The position numbers and the translations under genes are program-made. Source: Amoebidium appalachense (Eukaryota > Protista > Ichthyosporea). From it: a stretch of DNA of 64,000 nucleotides. Positions 1-20,990 of this stretch are shown in pieces; within the stretch, counting starts at the first letter, position 1; each line of letters begins with the position of its first letter. Location: the NCBI GenBank assembly GCA_963693365.1, contig CAVNZM010000013.1, forward strand, positions 6,004,640 through 6,068,639, read 5' to 3'. The notes under the pieces are model-generated. The model saw nothing but the letters and a program-made list of their open reading frames with translations, searched no databases and had not been told where the DNA came from.

Positions 1-466
1 ATTGACTATAACAGACCCCCAGAGCAAGCCAAAACACTAAGCATACATACAAAAAACAGTCATTCGTAGACAAAAGGCAGCACACACAAAGGATATACCC
101 CCCCCCCCCCCCCCCCCCCGGGGCTCTCCCCAAACTCTGATCAAAAGGCCCTGCCCAAAATGTAGCCACACACGCCGCACACACACTGCTATCACGATGG
201 CAGCCATACTAGTGCATATATTAACTTGCAGCAGCATCACCACATCACACGACATGAGATTCACCATAAAATAACACCGGTATCCCCCTTAGAGCATAGG
301 TAAAAACCGTTGCTTACAGGTAAAATACAGTTACTCTGATAGTGCAGGTGAATTACAGTAACCGTGACCCCTCCACATGTTCATTCAAGAGGAATAGGGG
401 CATAGAGCATTAAATATGGGTGGCAGAGCCACGGAATACCGGGTACAGAACCATTAAATATAGGTG

Positions 467-547
<81 letters not shown>

Positions 548-1256
548 ACGGTGTGTGTGTGTGTGTGTGTGTATGTTTGTAACTACGGGCATACAAATGC
601 TTGTACAGTCAGCTGCCGTGCATACCCGACCAAGCGAGTGAGACCAGGCATTTTCAATATGAAATCGGATGTGGGATATGGACCACGTGCACATGTACAC
701 CGTGTCACGCATGCAGTTAGTTAGTATAATACTGACACATGCAATGCACAGCCACAGCCATTGAATGCATGCATCAGTAAAATTACATATTCATTCATGC
801 TGAAGGTGTGTAAATAAATAAATTCATAAATGAAGCTTTTTGATGACCCACACCAACACATCCCTCCCCCCCTCCCCCCCCCCCCCCCCCCCTGCCTAAC
901 CACACCAACACATCCTACCCCCCCCCACACCCCCCCCCCCCTTCCCCCACCCCCTCCCCCCCTCCCCAGTCTACCCGCCCACAAAGCCAAGGGATATAGC
1001 AACAGCTAGCCATAAAAATCTAAGCACAGATATCGAACGATATTCGTTATTTTCGTACACAGCCACACACATGGCCATGGTCGTTCGGATTTGGTTCTGG
1101 TTTTTGGGTCTCTCTCTCTCTGTGTGTGTGTGTGTTGTGTGTGTGTGTGTGTGTGTGTGCGAGCGCGCGCGTGCGAGTGTGTCTGTGTGTATGTGTGTGT
1201 GTGTTCGGGGAGGGGGGGAGGGGGTGTTATTAGTGGGAAAATCTGGCTGGAGTGAG

Positions 1257-1295
<39 letters not shown>

Positions 1296-1299
1296 CCCT

Positions 1300-8772
<7,473 letters not shown>

Positions 8773-9700
8773 CACGGCCCTCTGAAAAAAAGACGGCCTG
8801 GATACACTACGTCATAAAATCGCATTCCATTGTGCTCGTGGTATTTCGATCCACTGGATTCCGGCCCTAAAACGAGATGTCGGCACAGAACATGTATGTT
8901 GTTGTTTTTCGTTTACGTCTCGCTTTTTTTGGTTCAAAGACGGAGACATCGGTAACATGGCTGACGGCGGGACTGGCCTTATGAAGGGAGCTGCTCCTCC
9001 CGAGCCTGGAATGGATAAGAAGAGGAGTAACGGTCTGCGTAGCAACAAAATCGGTAACATATGCAGTGTTCCAGGCTGCAGAGGCAACTACGACGACCAA
9101 AACAAGGTTTTCGTTTACAAATTCCCCAACCCAAACGACGGGCGCATTAAAAGCGAGACGCTACGCGAAGAAACACGGAACCTTCTCAGTGCGTGGCTAC
9201 GTGCTGTGCCGAGGCAGTGGCCTGAGAACTTCGACCCGCACGGTGTTGCGCGGGTCTGCTGCCGTCACTTTCCCGCCCACGACATCGTTAAAAAAGGTGG
9301 CAAAACGTGGCCTAGGCCAGGCGCCGTCCCGAGCATTTTTCCCAACTGCCCCAGTTACCTGAGCGCGCCTCTTGCGCGCCTCCTCGTACGGACCCGGAAG
9401 AGAGAGCCGCAAAGATGGAGAAGGTTCGGGCAAGGCAAGAGGAAGAGGCAGTAGCGAGGAAGCGCCAGAAGGAGATGTTCGTGTTCGGCCAGCTTGTTGT
9501 CCGTGCCCTGGAAATAGCGGAGCGGCACGCCGGCTGGAGGGTTTACGGAGGAAACACAGTGGTCGCTGGCGTTTACGAGCAAGACAATGGTACCCCCCCC
9601 CCCCCCCCTCAAAATCCCCTCCAATGTCCTCATGCCCTCGCCCCCTCACCCCCTCACCCCCCCAACACACAAGGTCACATGAGGAATCGACCGGCATGAA

Positions 9701-9734
<34 letters not shown>

Positions 9735-9820
9735 TTGTGTGTGTCTGTGTGTGACACTGTGTGTGTGTGTGTGTGTGTGTGACACGTGTGTGTGTGCGCG
9801 CGCATCAGTGTGTTTGTGTG

Positions 9821-9880
<60 letters not shown>

Positions 9881-10197
9881 GGGATGGGTGGGTGGGGAGG
9901 GGGGGGGGGGGGGGGGGGGGGGGGCTTTTCCATATGGTTTTTCACATGCCAAGCGTAGTCAAATGTGGTGCCACACAGATTTTGCTGACTTTTAATTTGC
10001 AGGCCAGTCTCATCCGCTATCTCCTGGACAGCGGCGTGAGCGGCGAGAAGCTCAACTTTGTCCTCACCAGAAAGTTTCAAACCGACCCCCTTGAGGGTGC
10101 TTTTGGCACAATCCGACAGTACAGCGGTGGGAACTACAACGTTGGGACAGCATAGGTGGGTACCTCCCCCTCCTGGCCCTCTCTCTCCCCCCCCCCC

Positions 10198-10228
<31 letters not shown>

Positions 10229-10732
10229 ACACACACGCACACCCCTACCCTACTCAGCCACCCACCCACTGCCTGCAACAATGAAACACAAGAGATACAT
10301 CACACACACACGATTCATACAGCATTACAAAGAACAGAGACAGAACAGATATAGGATGATTTGGTGATTCACCTTAATAATGGGATAGTGGTGTCTGTCA
10401 TGGTGGCCCCGGGGAATAAAATAATCAGGAGAAAAAAAAGGGGGGGGGGGGGGGGGGGGATAGCGAGAGAGGCAGGGACGGAAGAAGGGGTTGGAGGAGG
10501 AGGGGGAGGGGGAGGGGGGGTATCAGGATAAAAGGAGTGTGGTGAAAAGAAAGGGTGCAAAGAAAACTGAACGAAAAATGAAATTAGGGGGGGGGGGGGG
10601 GGGGGGGGGGCTGTTGAACTCAAACCACAAAAATGCACACACGTACACGCACACACACACACACACACACAGACACACAGACACACATACACCAAACACC
10701 ACACACACACACACACACACACACACCGTAGG

Positions 10733-10766
<34 letters not shown>

Positions 10767-12059
10767 ATACATACACAACCCCATGCAGATATACCTAAAC
10801 CATGCTTGTGTACACACGAAGATATGCTATGATACACTGCTTGCGCGCCCGCGCCATAGTGTGTCATATTAAACTTTTATAGCCACGTGCCATCTATATA
10901 TACACAAATCACACAATAAACTCACCTCTATGAACAGACTCTCCAGGCCGTCAAAAGGATACGGGTGCAGAAGCTGGCAAAGCTGGCAGTGCAGACGGGC
11001 ACAAGTGTAACACAGCTGTTCGACAACATGAACACAGCGCTCAACAGCAAACGCAAAACGATCACCATCGAGACCATTCTCCCACTCTACAACAACACCA
11101 TCTGGGGCCACGTCTATAAAATCAGCGAAGACATCAGAAAGCCAGAGGTGCTAACCTACCGGGCAGGGTTCTGTGTGCACGCGCTTCACGTGCGCGGTGT
11201 TGGCTGCAACACATGTCGTGCACATCTCGAAACCACCACACCCAACAAAAACACCAACACACCCACTGAAACAAGCACCACAGCTACCGAAACAGCCACC
11301 ACTACGGCCGGGAGAGCCACAGACGATCACTACCGACTCATCCGCGCCGCCAACCGGGGGGGCCTGACTTTCCCTTCACCACCAACAGTGAGCATTGTCA
11401 CATTGGTCTACTGTGTGGTGGAGGCACTGCTAAAGCCACTGGTCAACACGTACCTTCCGGGGGCAGCCATAGAACGGTGGCTGTGCTACTCAGCGAACAT
11501 GCAGTCAAAAGGTACAATACCGATAAGGCACTTATGGACGAGTGTGGGGTGTGCGGCACGCAAAAGAGAGCACTAGTGGAACGACTGATAACCGTTGCAA
11601 CCAACTGCCACCTGAGCGCGTATGTGCGTCAACGCAAGGAACAAGCGAAGAAAGCACCCAACAAAGCAAACCGGAAAGCCAAAACAGTGCAGGCGGCCGC
11701 TTTGGCGGCGAGCGAGGCCGCCGCGGGGGCAGGCGTCCCCGCCACAGTTGCAGGGAGCATGCCGTCGACAAAACCAGCAAAGAAGAAAAAGGAGAGCAAA
11801 ACAGAGGAAAAGGGAGGCGAAGGGAGGAAGAAGGGAAAGAAAGGTGAAAACAAAACAACCACGGCGGAACCACCTACCGTCGAGTGGGAGATGGAGGGAA
11901 ACGATGACGAGCTGGTGGCTGCACTGGAGGCAGCAGAGGCGGAGTACGATTGGATGGTAGAGGCGTATTTGGAGGAAGCAGAGCTCTAGCGGCTTTGTCA
12001 GTGTTTTCTAACCCTCTTTCTTTTCTTTTTTTGCCAGTAGGTAGAGGTGTGAGGGTTTG

Positions 12060-12107
<48 letters not shown>

Positions 12108-12564
12108 CTACACAGTGTTTATTGGTTGGTGGTTAGTGTTGCAGGACATAGACGTTCTAATACTTAACATACAGGTAGTATTATGTTACCTAGTGGATAG
12201 AAACACCTTTGAGAGAATATACGCAAGAAGAGTTCTAGTTTTGTAGTAGATCTTTGCTCACGGCCGTGTTTGTGTAAACGTGAACTGCTCAATAGATATA
12301 ACTATACTGAGACTCAGCTACACTATTATGTACACTATGCCAAAACTTTGTGCTATAGGGCTTGCGCATATTACTCTAAGACAAAAAAACGCCCTAGAAC
12401 ATAGGAAGCACTTCATAAACTTTTGTCGTTTTTTTTTCCCTTCCGTTTTCCTTCATAATCTGCGCACTGATAGTAGTTTGCTAGCGAATCCAGTGGATCG
12501 AAATACCAATCTGCTCTTTTGACCCCGTTCTGCGGCCAGGCCGTTTTTTTTTCAGAGGGCCGTG
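8773..12564 (+). mobile_element. P-superfamily (P/Galileo-like) DNA transposon, internally deleted and non-autonomous
   Basis: Left TIR CACGGCCCTCTGAAAAAAAGACGGCCTGG (8773-8801) matches the reverse complement of 12536-12564 at 28/29 positions. The 7-bp TSD ACCCTTC is at 8766-8772 and 12565-12571. It encodes a THAP domain and P-transposase C-terminal motifs. Confidence 0.93.
8957..11989 (+). pseudogene. THAP-domain P-element-type transposase (THAP9-like), disrupted
   Basis: THAP C2CH motif CSVPGC..FP..W..VCCRHF..GAVPSIF. Exon ~10003-10155 has FVLTRKFQTDPLEGAFGTIRQYSGGNYN (conserved third catalytic-residue region). Exon from ~10938 has YRAGF..CNTC..LIRAANRGGLTFPS. Frameshifts near 9375 and 11460, an in-frame TAG at ~10153, and the central RNase H/GTP-binding region is missing. 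Confidence 0.85.
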
Positions 12565-13700
12565 ACCCTTCCCCCAGCACTACTAGTACTAGGGCACCTC
12601 TGACACACATGGCAAGAAGATGGTTCTGGCACAGACACTTCAAGGTTAAGAAAAGCAGTAGACACCTGTGCATTGCCCGTCCCCTGCATATCAACGCACA
12701 CGCGCAGGCCCATGGTTGGGGCTCTCACCCCTACACGTACGACACACAAAGCACGTGCCCTGCAGTCATGCCTGCCAGTGGCCTGGCCTCCATAAGCATT
12801 ATAATTAACCAACGGACCCAGGCCCCACACCTTTAATGTGTGCCCGTACCACCCCCCCCCCCCCCCCCCCCTCCCCCTTAGCCCTCGACTGCCATTGGCT
12901 ACTGCAGCCACAGCCTGCATCATATGAGAGTTCTGAACCTCAGCTTATGCATACATCCCAGTAACCCTTAAAACATGTATCCACACCTGGCATCCAAATG
13001 TCTTTCCGTGTTCCTTCCCACGGGTACTGCCGGGGCAGTGTATTCCCCCCCAAAATATATGAATCAGACCCAGCTTGAAAGTCCTGTAAGATTAGCGGGA
13101 TGATGTATTCGGGCATTGAGTGAGTCTTCCCCTTAGGCAGGAAAAGGAAGGGTTTGCGTCAACTGTCTGCAGGTGATTACGGTTGTGTAGGGCCCTGGGG
13201 TGGTAGGGGTGGGGTGAAGGGAGTGTAGAGTGCACAATCTCGTGTATGCCTGCAGCGAATTTGATATTGAAAGCTGGCCATGCAGGCTCTCTTGCAGAAA
13301 GTTCTCCCGAGACCAGCTGGGGGGATGGGCTGCCGGGCACAGGCCCTGGCACTGCCTTTGTCAGTATCCGGCATGATGCAGCAACCATGAACACTAGGCC
13401 AGCAGCGTACAATAGGCAAGAGCTCTACATTCCTTACTGTGCCTTCAAATCACCCTTCAAGGGATCTATGTGTGCAGCCAGCCCAGTTGCCAGCAAGCAG
13501 TGCCCCGCTGTGCCACCAGGCTTAGGTTTGTGTCACAAACCAGTCCTCATAGGTGGCTGGTCGGGTGCTGGCCCTGCTTAGCCCAGGTGCTGAGTGGGGG
13601 CTGCTTGGTGCTGGGGGAGGAGGGGGGCGGGGGGAGTGCTGCTTCGATCAGGTGCTGGTGGGGGGCTGCTTGGCTCAGGTGCTGGTGGGTGCTGCTTGGC

Positions 13701-14585
13701 TCAAGTGCTGGGTGGTGGGGCCACAGTCACAGCCAGTCTGTGGCGGCGCACAGCATAGCCCTGGTAGCTGGCCCCTGCCCAGTACACGTAAGACCCCTGC
13801 TGCCCTGCTGCCACCTGCCCTGCCCTACACTGCATCTACCACCCACCTGCCCCGTGTGCTCGTCCCCCAGTTGCTTTCTTCTGCACAGAAAGACCTCAAT
13901 TAGCACACACTCTTAACCCCCCCCCCCCCCCAAAAAAAAAAAAAAAAAAAAACACCCCCCCCCCCCCCCCCCAAAAAAACACCCCCCCTCCCCGGTGGCC
14001 ATACCCGCACCAGCACGCGGCACTTTGCCGTAGCTGGCTGTAGCTGGTAGGCGTACTGCATTTTGGTCCCTGCACTGCCAGTCAGCACCCAGCCCCCTCT
14101 CCAAAGTTCAGGGCGTAGTGTCTGCCCACATTCTCAGTGTGTGGGTTTCTACCCACATTCTCAGTGTGTGGGGCCTACCCCCTGGCCTACCCCCCCCTCC
14201 CCCCCCGGGGTCGCCCACCTTCGCCATAGTGCAGGGTGTTGTCCTGGGCCTCCAGCAGGCCTCTCAGCCGCGGCCGCAGCTCATCCAGCAGCTCCTGCGG
14301 GCCCGTCAGCCCCTGACAGCCACAGGCCACGCGCACGGCCACATACGCACCTGCAGGCGGGGGGCTGTGAACCAGTCCACATGCTCTGTGCGCAGCTGCA
14401 CCGTCAGCACCAGCACGCTGCCGCCGTCCAGCCGTACGTAGTGGCTGCTGCGTGGCCCGTACGGCCCCTGCCTGTGCCTTGCCTCAGTGTTGGGCACACA
14501 CGGGGGGGTGGGGTTGGGGGGGAAGAGTGGGGGGTAGGGAGCAGGGAGGAGGGGGGAAGGGAAAAAAGGGGAGAACTCCTTACAT
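13701..14585 (-). CDS. Small multi-exon conserved hypothetical protein (resembles an uncharacterised fungal family, possibly SLX4IP-like N-terminus)
   Basis: GT-AG spliced frame MQGPYGPRSSHYVRLDGGSVLVLTVQLRTEHVDWFTAPRLQ|ELLDELRPRLRGLLEAQDNTLHYGE|GTKMQYAYQLQPATAKCRVL|..YQGYAVRRHRLAVTVAPPPST*, with CTGAC-type branch points. The family call is recall only. Confidence 0.55.
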
Positions 14586-14888
14586 GCTGGCCAGCTCGCA
14601 GCAAAACCTGGACCGTAGGCGCAAATGGCTAGAGCTAAGGTTGTTGGGGTGGGTGCTAGCTGTGCAGCCCGGACTGTGCCTGACGGACAAGGCGTGGAAG
14701 GACTTCTGCAGCCTGCCGCGGCCGGGTGGTTTACACCCGAGGTTTGGTCGCCTCAGGTCGATGACGTCAGGCCCGCATTCTGGCGCCAACAAACCACGAC
14801 CTGATTGGTGCGAATCGCACCGTCAGGAATGCGGCCACAGTTGTGGCGTAATTTTCTTCACTTATTTTCCGGAAGCTGTAGCCTGTAG

Positions 14889-14922
14889 CACGGCCATCTA
14901 GAAGTGTTTCTAGATGGCCGTG
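14889..14922. mobile_element. 34-bp palindromic transposon remnant, putative P-type excision footprint
   Basis: CACGGCCATCTAGAA-GTGT-TTCTAGATGGCCGTG has 15-bp perfect arms and is flanked by the direct repeat AGCCTGTAG (14880-14888, 14923-14931). It shares the CACGGCC terminus with the element at 8773-12564. Confidence 0.7.
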
Positions 14923-15119
14923 AGCCTGTAGTCATTTTGAGTGCTGTCTCCCTGCAGCCCGGCTTAACATACCTTGTATGTCGCGTCCCGCGGCGTAGTA
15001 GTGCTCAGCCACTTACGTAAGCCAGTGGGTACATAGCCTTGGAGACTAGGAAGCTGCTGCTTGGCTGCAACAAGAAGTCCTTGCCCTCCCTCCACCCTTC
15101 CCCCGCCTAGGGCAGCAAC

Positions 15120-16458
<1,339 letters not shown>

Positions 16459-16820
16459 GTGTGGGTGGGTGATGGTGGTGGTGGTGGTGGTGGGGGGGGG
16501 AGGGGAGGAAGGGGGGAGGGTCTGAATGTGTGTCTCACAGGATGTGTGGGGTGTGTGGTCTGACTGGTTTCACATTATGTGTATGTGTGTGGATAGTTGG
16601 AAGGGGCACAGTCTGACTGGCTGTACAGAGACACACTTGCCGAGAAGCTGCAGGGCACAAACATCCGCCTGTGCGAATAGAGATTAAAGACTCCAGGCCG
16701 GCCAGACAGCGCCGGCAAAGGATGCGCGGCCGACAAGGGGTGGCTGCTGGCTGGCTGCGGCACGGCAACACAAAGGCTAGCGGCCATTCCACACAGGTCC
16801 AGTATGTTTTTATTTGTGTG

Positions 16821-17622
16821 CTATGTCCTGGCCAGGCAGCGGGGGCAGGAGCACTCAAAGTGGTAGAACTCAGCCAGCTTGGCCCGACGCTGTGGCCACG
16901 GCAGGGACTCGTCGATGTAGCTAATAAAGAGCTCCTCCCCTGCCATACGGTCAGTGCTTGTGTGTGCCTGCGTGCCTCTGTGTGTCCCTGTGAGTGTGCC
17001 CGTGTGCCGTACCTTTTTTTACGGGGCGGAGGGCCACCATGTCCAGGTGGGCACTGGGGTGGCTGCTGACGCTGGCCACGTTTGGCTGGCAACTGTGGTT
17101 GGTGCTGTTGGCCAGCTCAAACAGCCCCGTGCCCTCTGCACCTGCCGTCAGTTTTTGTCGATGGAAGCAACACTCTGGTGTGTGTACGTCTGTGTGCACC
17201 CTGCCTCGTGTGGGTGCAAACGGCCTTCGTTTGCCTCCTGCTTACCACTAAGCAAAAAGTGCAAGCCTTAGCTGTGTGAATCCGTGTGTGCCCTGGTTGT
17301 GTACTTGTCATATGTGTGGCAGGAGGACCCTGTTGTGGAAAAGCATGTCCAGGTGTGAAGGTGTGTGCCCGAGCGTGTGTGTGTGTGCATCCCCAGCTGT
17401 GGGTGTACTCTGGTGCTCGTGTGCTTCGGCTGGTTGCTGGTTGTGTCAGTCACGTACCCACACACAGGGCCTGCATCTGCGGGGTTGTCACGAGGTCCCC
17501 AAACCCCTCGGCCCAGCCCATGGCCTTCAGCAGCCCTCCCTGTCGGCTGCCGGCCGCCTGCAGGTGCACGTGCAAAGGCGACACAGGCAGCTGCACCCTA
17601 GTCAGTCACCAGCCCCCCCCTC

Positions 17623-17657
<35 letters not shown>

Positions 17658-19355
17658 CCCACTGTCGACAACACCTACCAAACTCTGGGCGTTGCGCAAA
17701 AAGGCACCGTTGAGGCAGCGGAACGTGTGCAGAGTCAACACTGGCCTGGCAGTCAGCAGCAGCCCCCCCCCCCCCTCCCCTCCCACCGCCACGGGGCACG
17801 TACAAGGATCCAGGGCAGGCCGGCCAAGGGCCTCTTTAATGAGTGCAAGGGCGGCCTCGTCGTGGGGTGCGGGCTCGGGGTTCGAAACAAAGTTTGCAAA
17901 GGGCTGGAATGCCGCCCCCACCTGAGCCTCGGTTGGGTTGGGGGCAGGGCTAGGTCTGGCAAGAACACATGGGCTCTCTGGCCAGGAGCCTGCGGGGGGC
18001 ATGGGCAGGGTCGGGGGCGGTGGGAGGGTACCGTCGACACGGGCCAGCACAGAGGCATAGAGCCGGGCCAGGGCCAGCGGGTTGCTACGGCCCATCTGCC
18101 TGCATAGCGCTTGCAGCCTGCTGGTGGGGTGCTGGCCCGTCGGGTCGGGCCCAGGACACAGGTAGCCGTGGTACCCGGCCCAGGCCTGCCGCCTACCCTC
18201 CCATCAGCATCCTCCCCACGCAATGGCCAAGCACCCCCAACACACACCAGCAGTGGGCCGAGCAGTAGAGCTCACTTGCTGACTGGCAGCACGGGCAGGC
18301 TGCAAAGGTTGGCCCACCGTGCGGGTACAGGTCGGCCCACACAGACGCCCAGGCCCCCAGGTCTTCGGCCTCCAGGCACGTGCGCAGACAGTGGCTGCAG
18401 GCCTTGGCTGGGCCCTGATCACAGCCCAGTCAGCCTCCAGGGGAGGGTTGACAGGGGAACGGAGGGGAAGAGCAGGCACAGGGAGGGGGAGATGCTCCCA
18501 TACCTTGCAGGTGGCCAGTCGGGTCCATGCCACTGGGTACTCGCTGTAGATCCGTTGACCTGCCGCAAAATCGGCCGTTGCAAACACACCCTTGCCTATT
18601 CGCTGGGTTAGATCTGCCCAAGTGCCCACCTCCCCTCCCTCCCCCCTTTGCCTCAAGGAACTGCACCTTTCTCCGCCGACACGAACCGCACGGCCACGGG
18701 CAGGCCAGCCGTCAGGGGCGCATAGTAAGTGTCTGCCGGCCCGTCAGCAACCCTAGGCCAGGCCCACCCCACAGGGCCAACACTGACCCACTGCGGCTGT
18801 GCGGGCACTGGCCAGGGCCACGGCCACTTCCCTGCTGCCGCCACACCGCTGCAGAGCCTCGGCTGCCTCAAAGTGCCGCCCAAGTGCCTGCAGCACACGC
18901 CCACGGTGGTAGTGGCCCTGGTACCGTGTGCATATGAGCAGCGCACTGACACAGACACACAAGAGCAGGCACACACGGTGCAGGCAGACAACGTTCAGGC
19001 ACACACGGTGCGGGCACACCCACCTTAGCCCAGGTGCTGTCCATAGCTAGCGCTGTGTCTGCCTCCCTCAGGGCCTCCTCATACTGGCCCAGTCGGTAGT
19101 GTGCTGCGGACCGGTTACTGTCCCTCTCGTCAGCAGCAAGCCCCCCACCCCCACCGTGGGGCTGCACACGTACCCGTGTAGAGTTGGGTCTTCGCGAAGT
19201 GCTAGCGCCCGGCTGTATTCGTCGAGGGCTTCAGCAAAACGCCCATCTGCAAAGTGTGCGTTGCCAGCAGCCCGGTGCTGGCTGCATGGTGATGGCGGGG
19301 TAGCCATCAAACCGAGAGTGGGTGTGTGTGAGTGCCAGTGGGTGAGCGAGTGAGT

Positions 19356-19437
<82 letters not shown>

Positions 19438-19825
19438 CCGGGGGGGGTAGGGTATGGGTGTGTGCTCGCAGAGGCGCGCGTGCGTGCGTGCGTGCGTGTG
19501 TGTGTGCGCGTGTGCAGGGCGTCTATCTATTTGTGTGTCTGTGTATTCATGTAGGTGTGTTTGGATGCGTGTGTTTGTGTGTGTGAGCCACGATGTGCTA
19601 TTGTGTGCCAATATTAGTTTGATGCGTGCGTGTGTCTGCCTCTCTATATCTCTGTGCCTGGGTATTCAGGCGTGTGGTTGGGCGTGTGCACAGTACACTT
19701 GCACCGTCAGCGTCTTTGTGCTTTGTGTGTGGTATCATGATGCAGTTTTGACTTCCTGTGTCTGTCTGTGAGCCACAGCCGGGTGTTACGTAATCATACT
19801 CAGTGTGCTGCACATGCAGCTGCAT
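16821..19825 (-). CDS. TPR + SET/post-SET lysine methyltransferase (SMYD-like)
   Basis: N-terminal TPRs (GNAHFADGRFAEALDEYSRAL, NRSAAHYRLGQYEEALREA, GHYHRGRVL), SET-N KGVFATADF, SET-C GLFELANSTNHSCQPN..ALRPVKKG|EELFISYID and post-SET YHFECSCPRC. The first exon MQLHVQHTD is inferred from phase compatibility. Confidence 0.85.
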
Positions 19826-19906
19826 GCTGGACCAGTCCCGGATGGTACCCAGCTGCAGGCCAGCTAGGCACAGGCACCGCAGCTGGGCGGCAGGGGCGTG
19901 GCCGCC

Positions 19907-20845
19907 ATGTACACGTTCACGCTGGGCCAGGGACGGGTGGTGCGGCTGCAGCAGACGCTGGACGAGTGCGGGCTGCAGCCGCTGTTTGCCGACGAGTGGA
20001 CGGCCAGCCACGTGTGGCCCTGTGCCCAGCACCTGGCCGACTGTCTGCAGGAAAAGGTGCGCGCCTGCCCCTCAGTGCCTGTGCAACGGGCCGGCCTGAC
20101 GGGCACACAGGGCACGACACTGGCCGGGCGCAGGCTGGTAGAGCTGGGCAGTGGCTGTGGGCTGGTGTCCTTGGTTGCAGCCTGCCTGGGTGCAAGCGTG
20201 GTGGCCACAGACCAGGTGTGCACGTTTGCCTGTACCCTCCATGTGTGTTTGTGCACGTGCTGACCTTCGCGCAGGCCAGTGTTGTGCCACTGCTGCAGCG
20301 TAACGCCAGCCACAACCTGCAGGGGCCAGAGCTGGCACGGTGGTCTGCTGTGGCCCTGCCCTGGGGAGACGCTGACTCTCTTAGGTAGGCCCTCCCGGTA
20401 GAAAGGTGGGGATCGGGTGCTAACGTGCAGGCAGGGGGGTGCTGGAGGGGGGCCGGGTGGACGTGGTGGCCGTGTCGGACTGCCTAAACCCTCTTTATGG
20501 GCTGCACAGCTACAAGGTACCCTGCCACCTGCTGGTTGGCCCGGGGGGAGGGGGGGGGGGGGGGGCAGGCTGCTGACGGGGGCAGCAGCTGCTGGCCGAG
20601 ACCATTAGTGGGCTGTGCAGCGCAAGGACAGAGGTAGGTGGCTGCTGGGCCTGGGTGTTTGGGTGCTTGCAGGCTGAAGGCCGGTGCAGGTACTAGTGGC
20701 ATACGAGCAGCGGGGGATCCATGCCACAGACCCCCCCAAGGACAGCGTGTTTGGGGCCTTCCTGGGTCACCTGGGTGCACACTGGACCGTGCAGCTACTG
20801 GACAGCCATGGCCCTGTGTACATCTATGCCCTGGTCCAGAAGTAG
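19907..20845 (+). CDS. METTL21/EEF1AKMT-family seven-beta-strand protein lysine methyltransferase
   Basis: VWPCAQHLA, motif I LVELGSGCGLVSLVAACLGASVVATDQ, LLQRNA, ALPWG, DVVAVSDC..Y, VLVAYEQR, with short GT-AG introns. Confidence 0.88.
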
Positions 20846-20990
20846 TAAAGGGAGGTGCTGCCGGCTCACTGGTTGGGTGTGGCAGTGAGGCAACAAAGTG
20901 CTTAGGATGACCAGTGAAGTGAGACATAGGGCGTGGCCAGCACGCAGACCAATACATTCAGCATACAAGCATACGGGCATACGGGCAGGT

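Noticed and set aside
10150-10158. In-frame TAG in the transposase as stop-codon readthrough or an alternative genetic code
   Set aside because: Host genes in this window end in normal TAG/TAA/TGA codons. A CAG>TAG mutation in a defective element is the simpler explanation.
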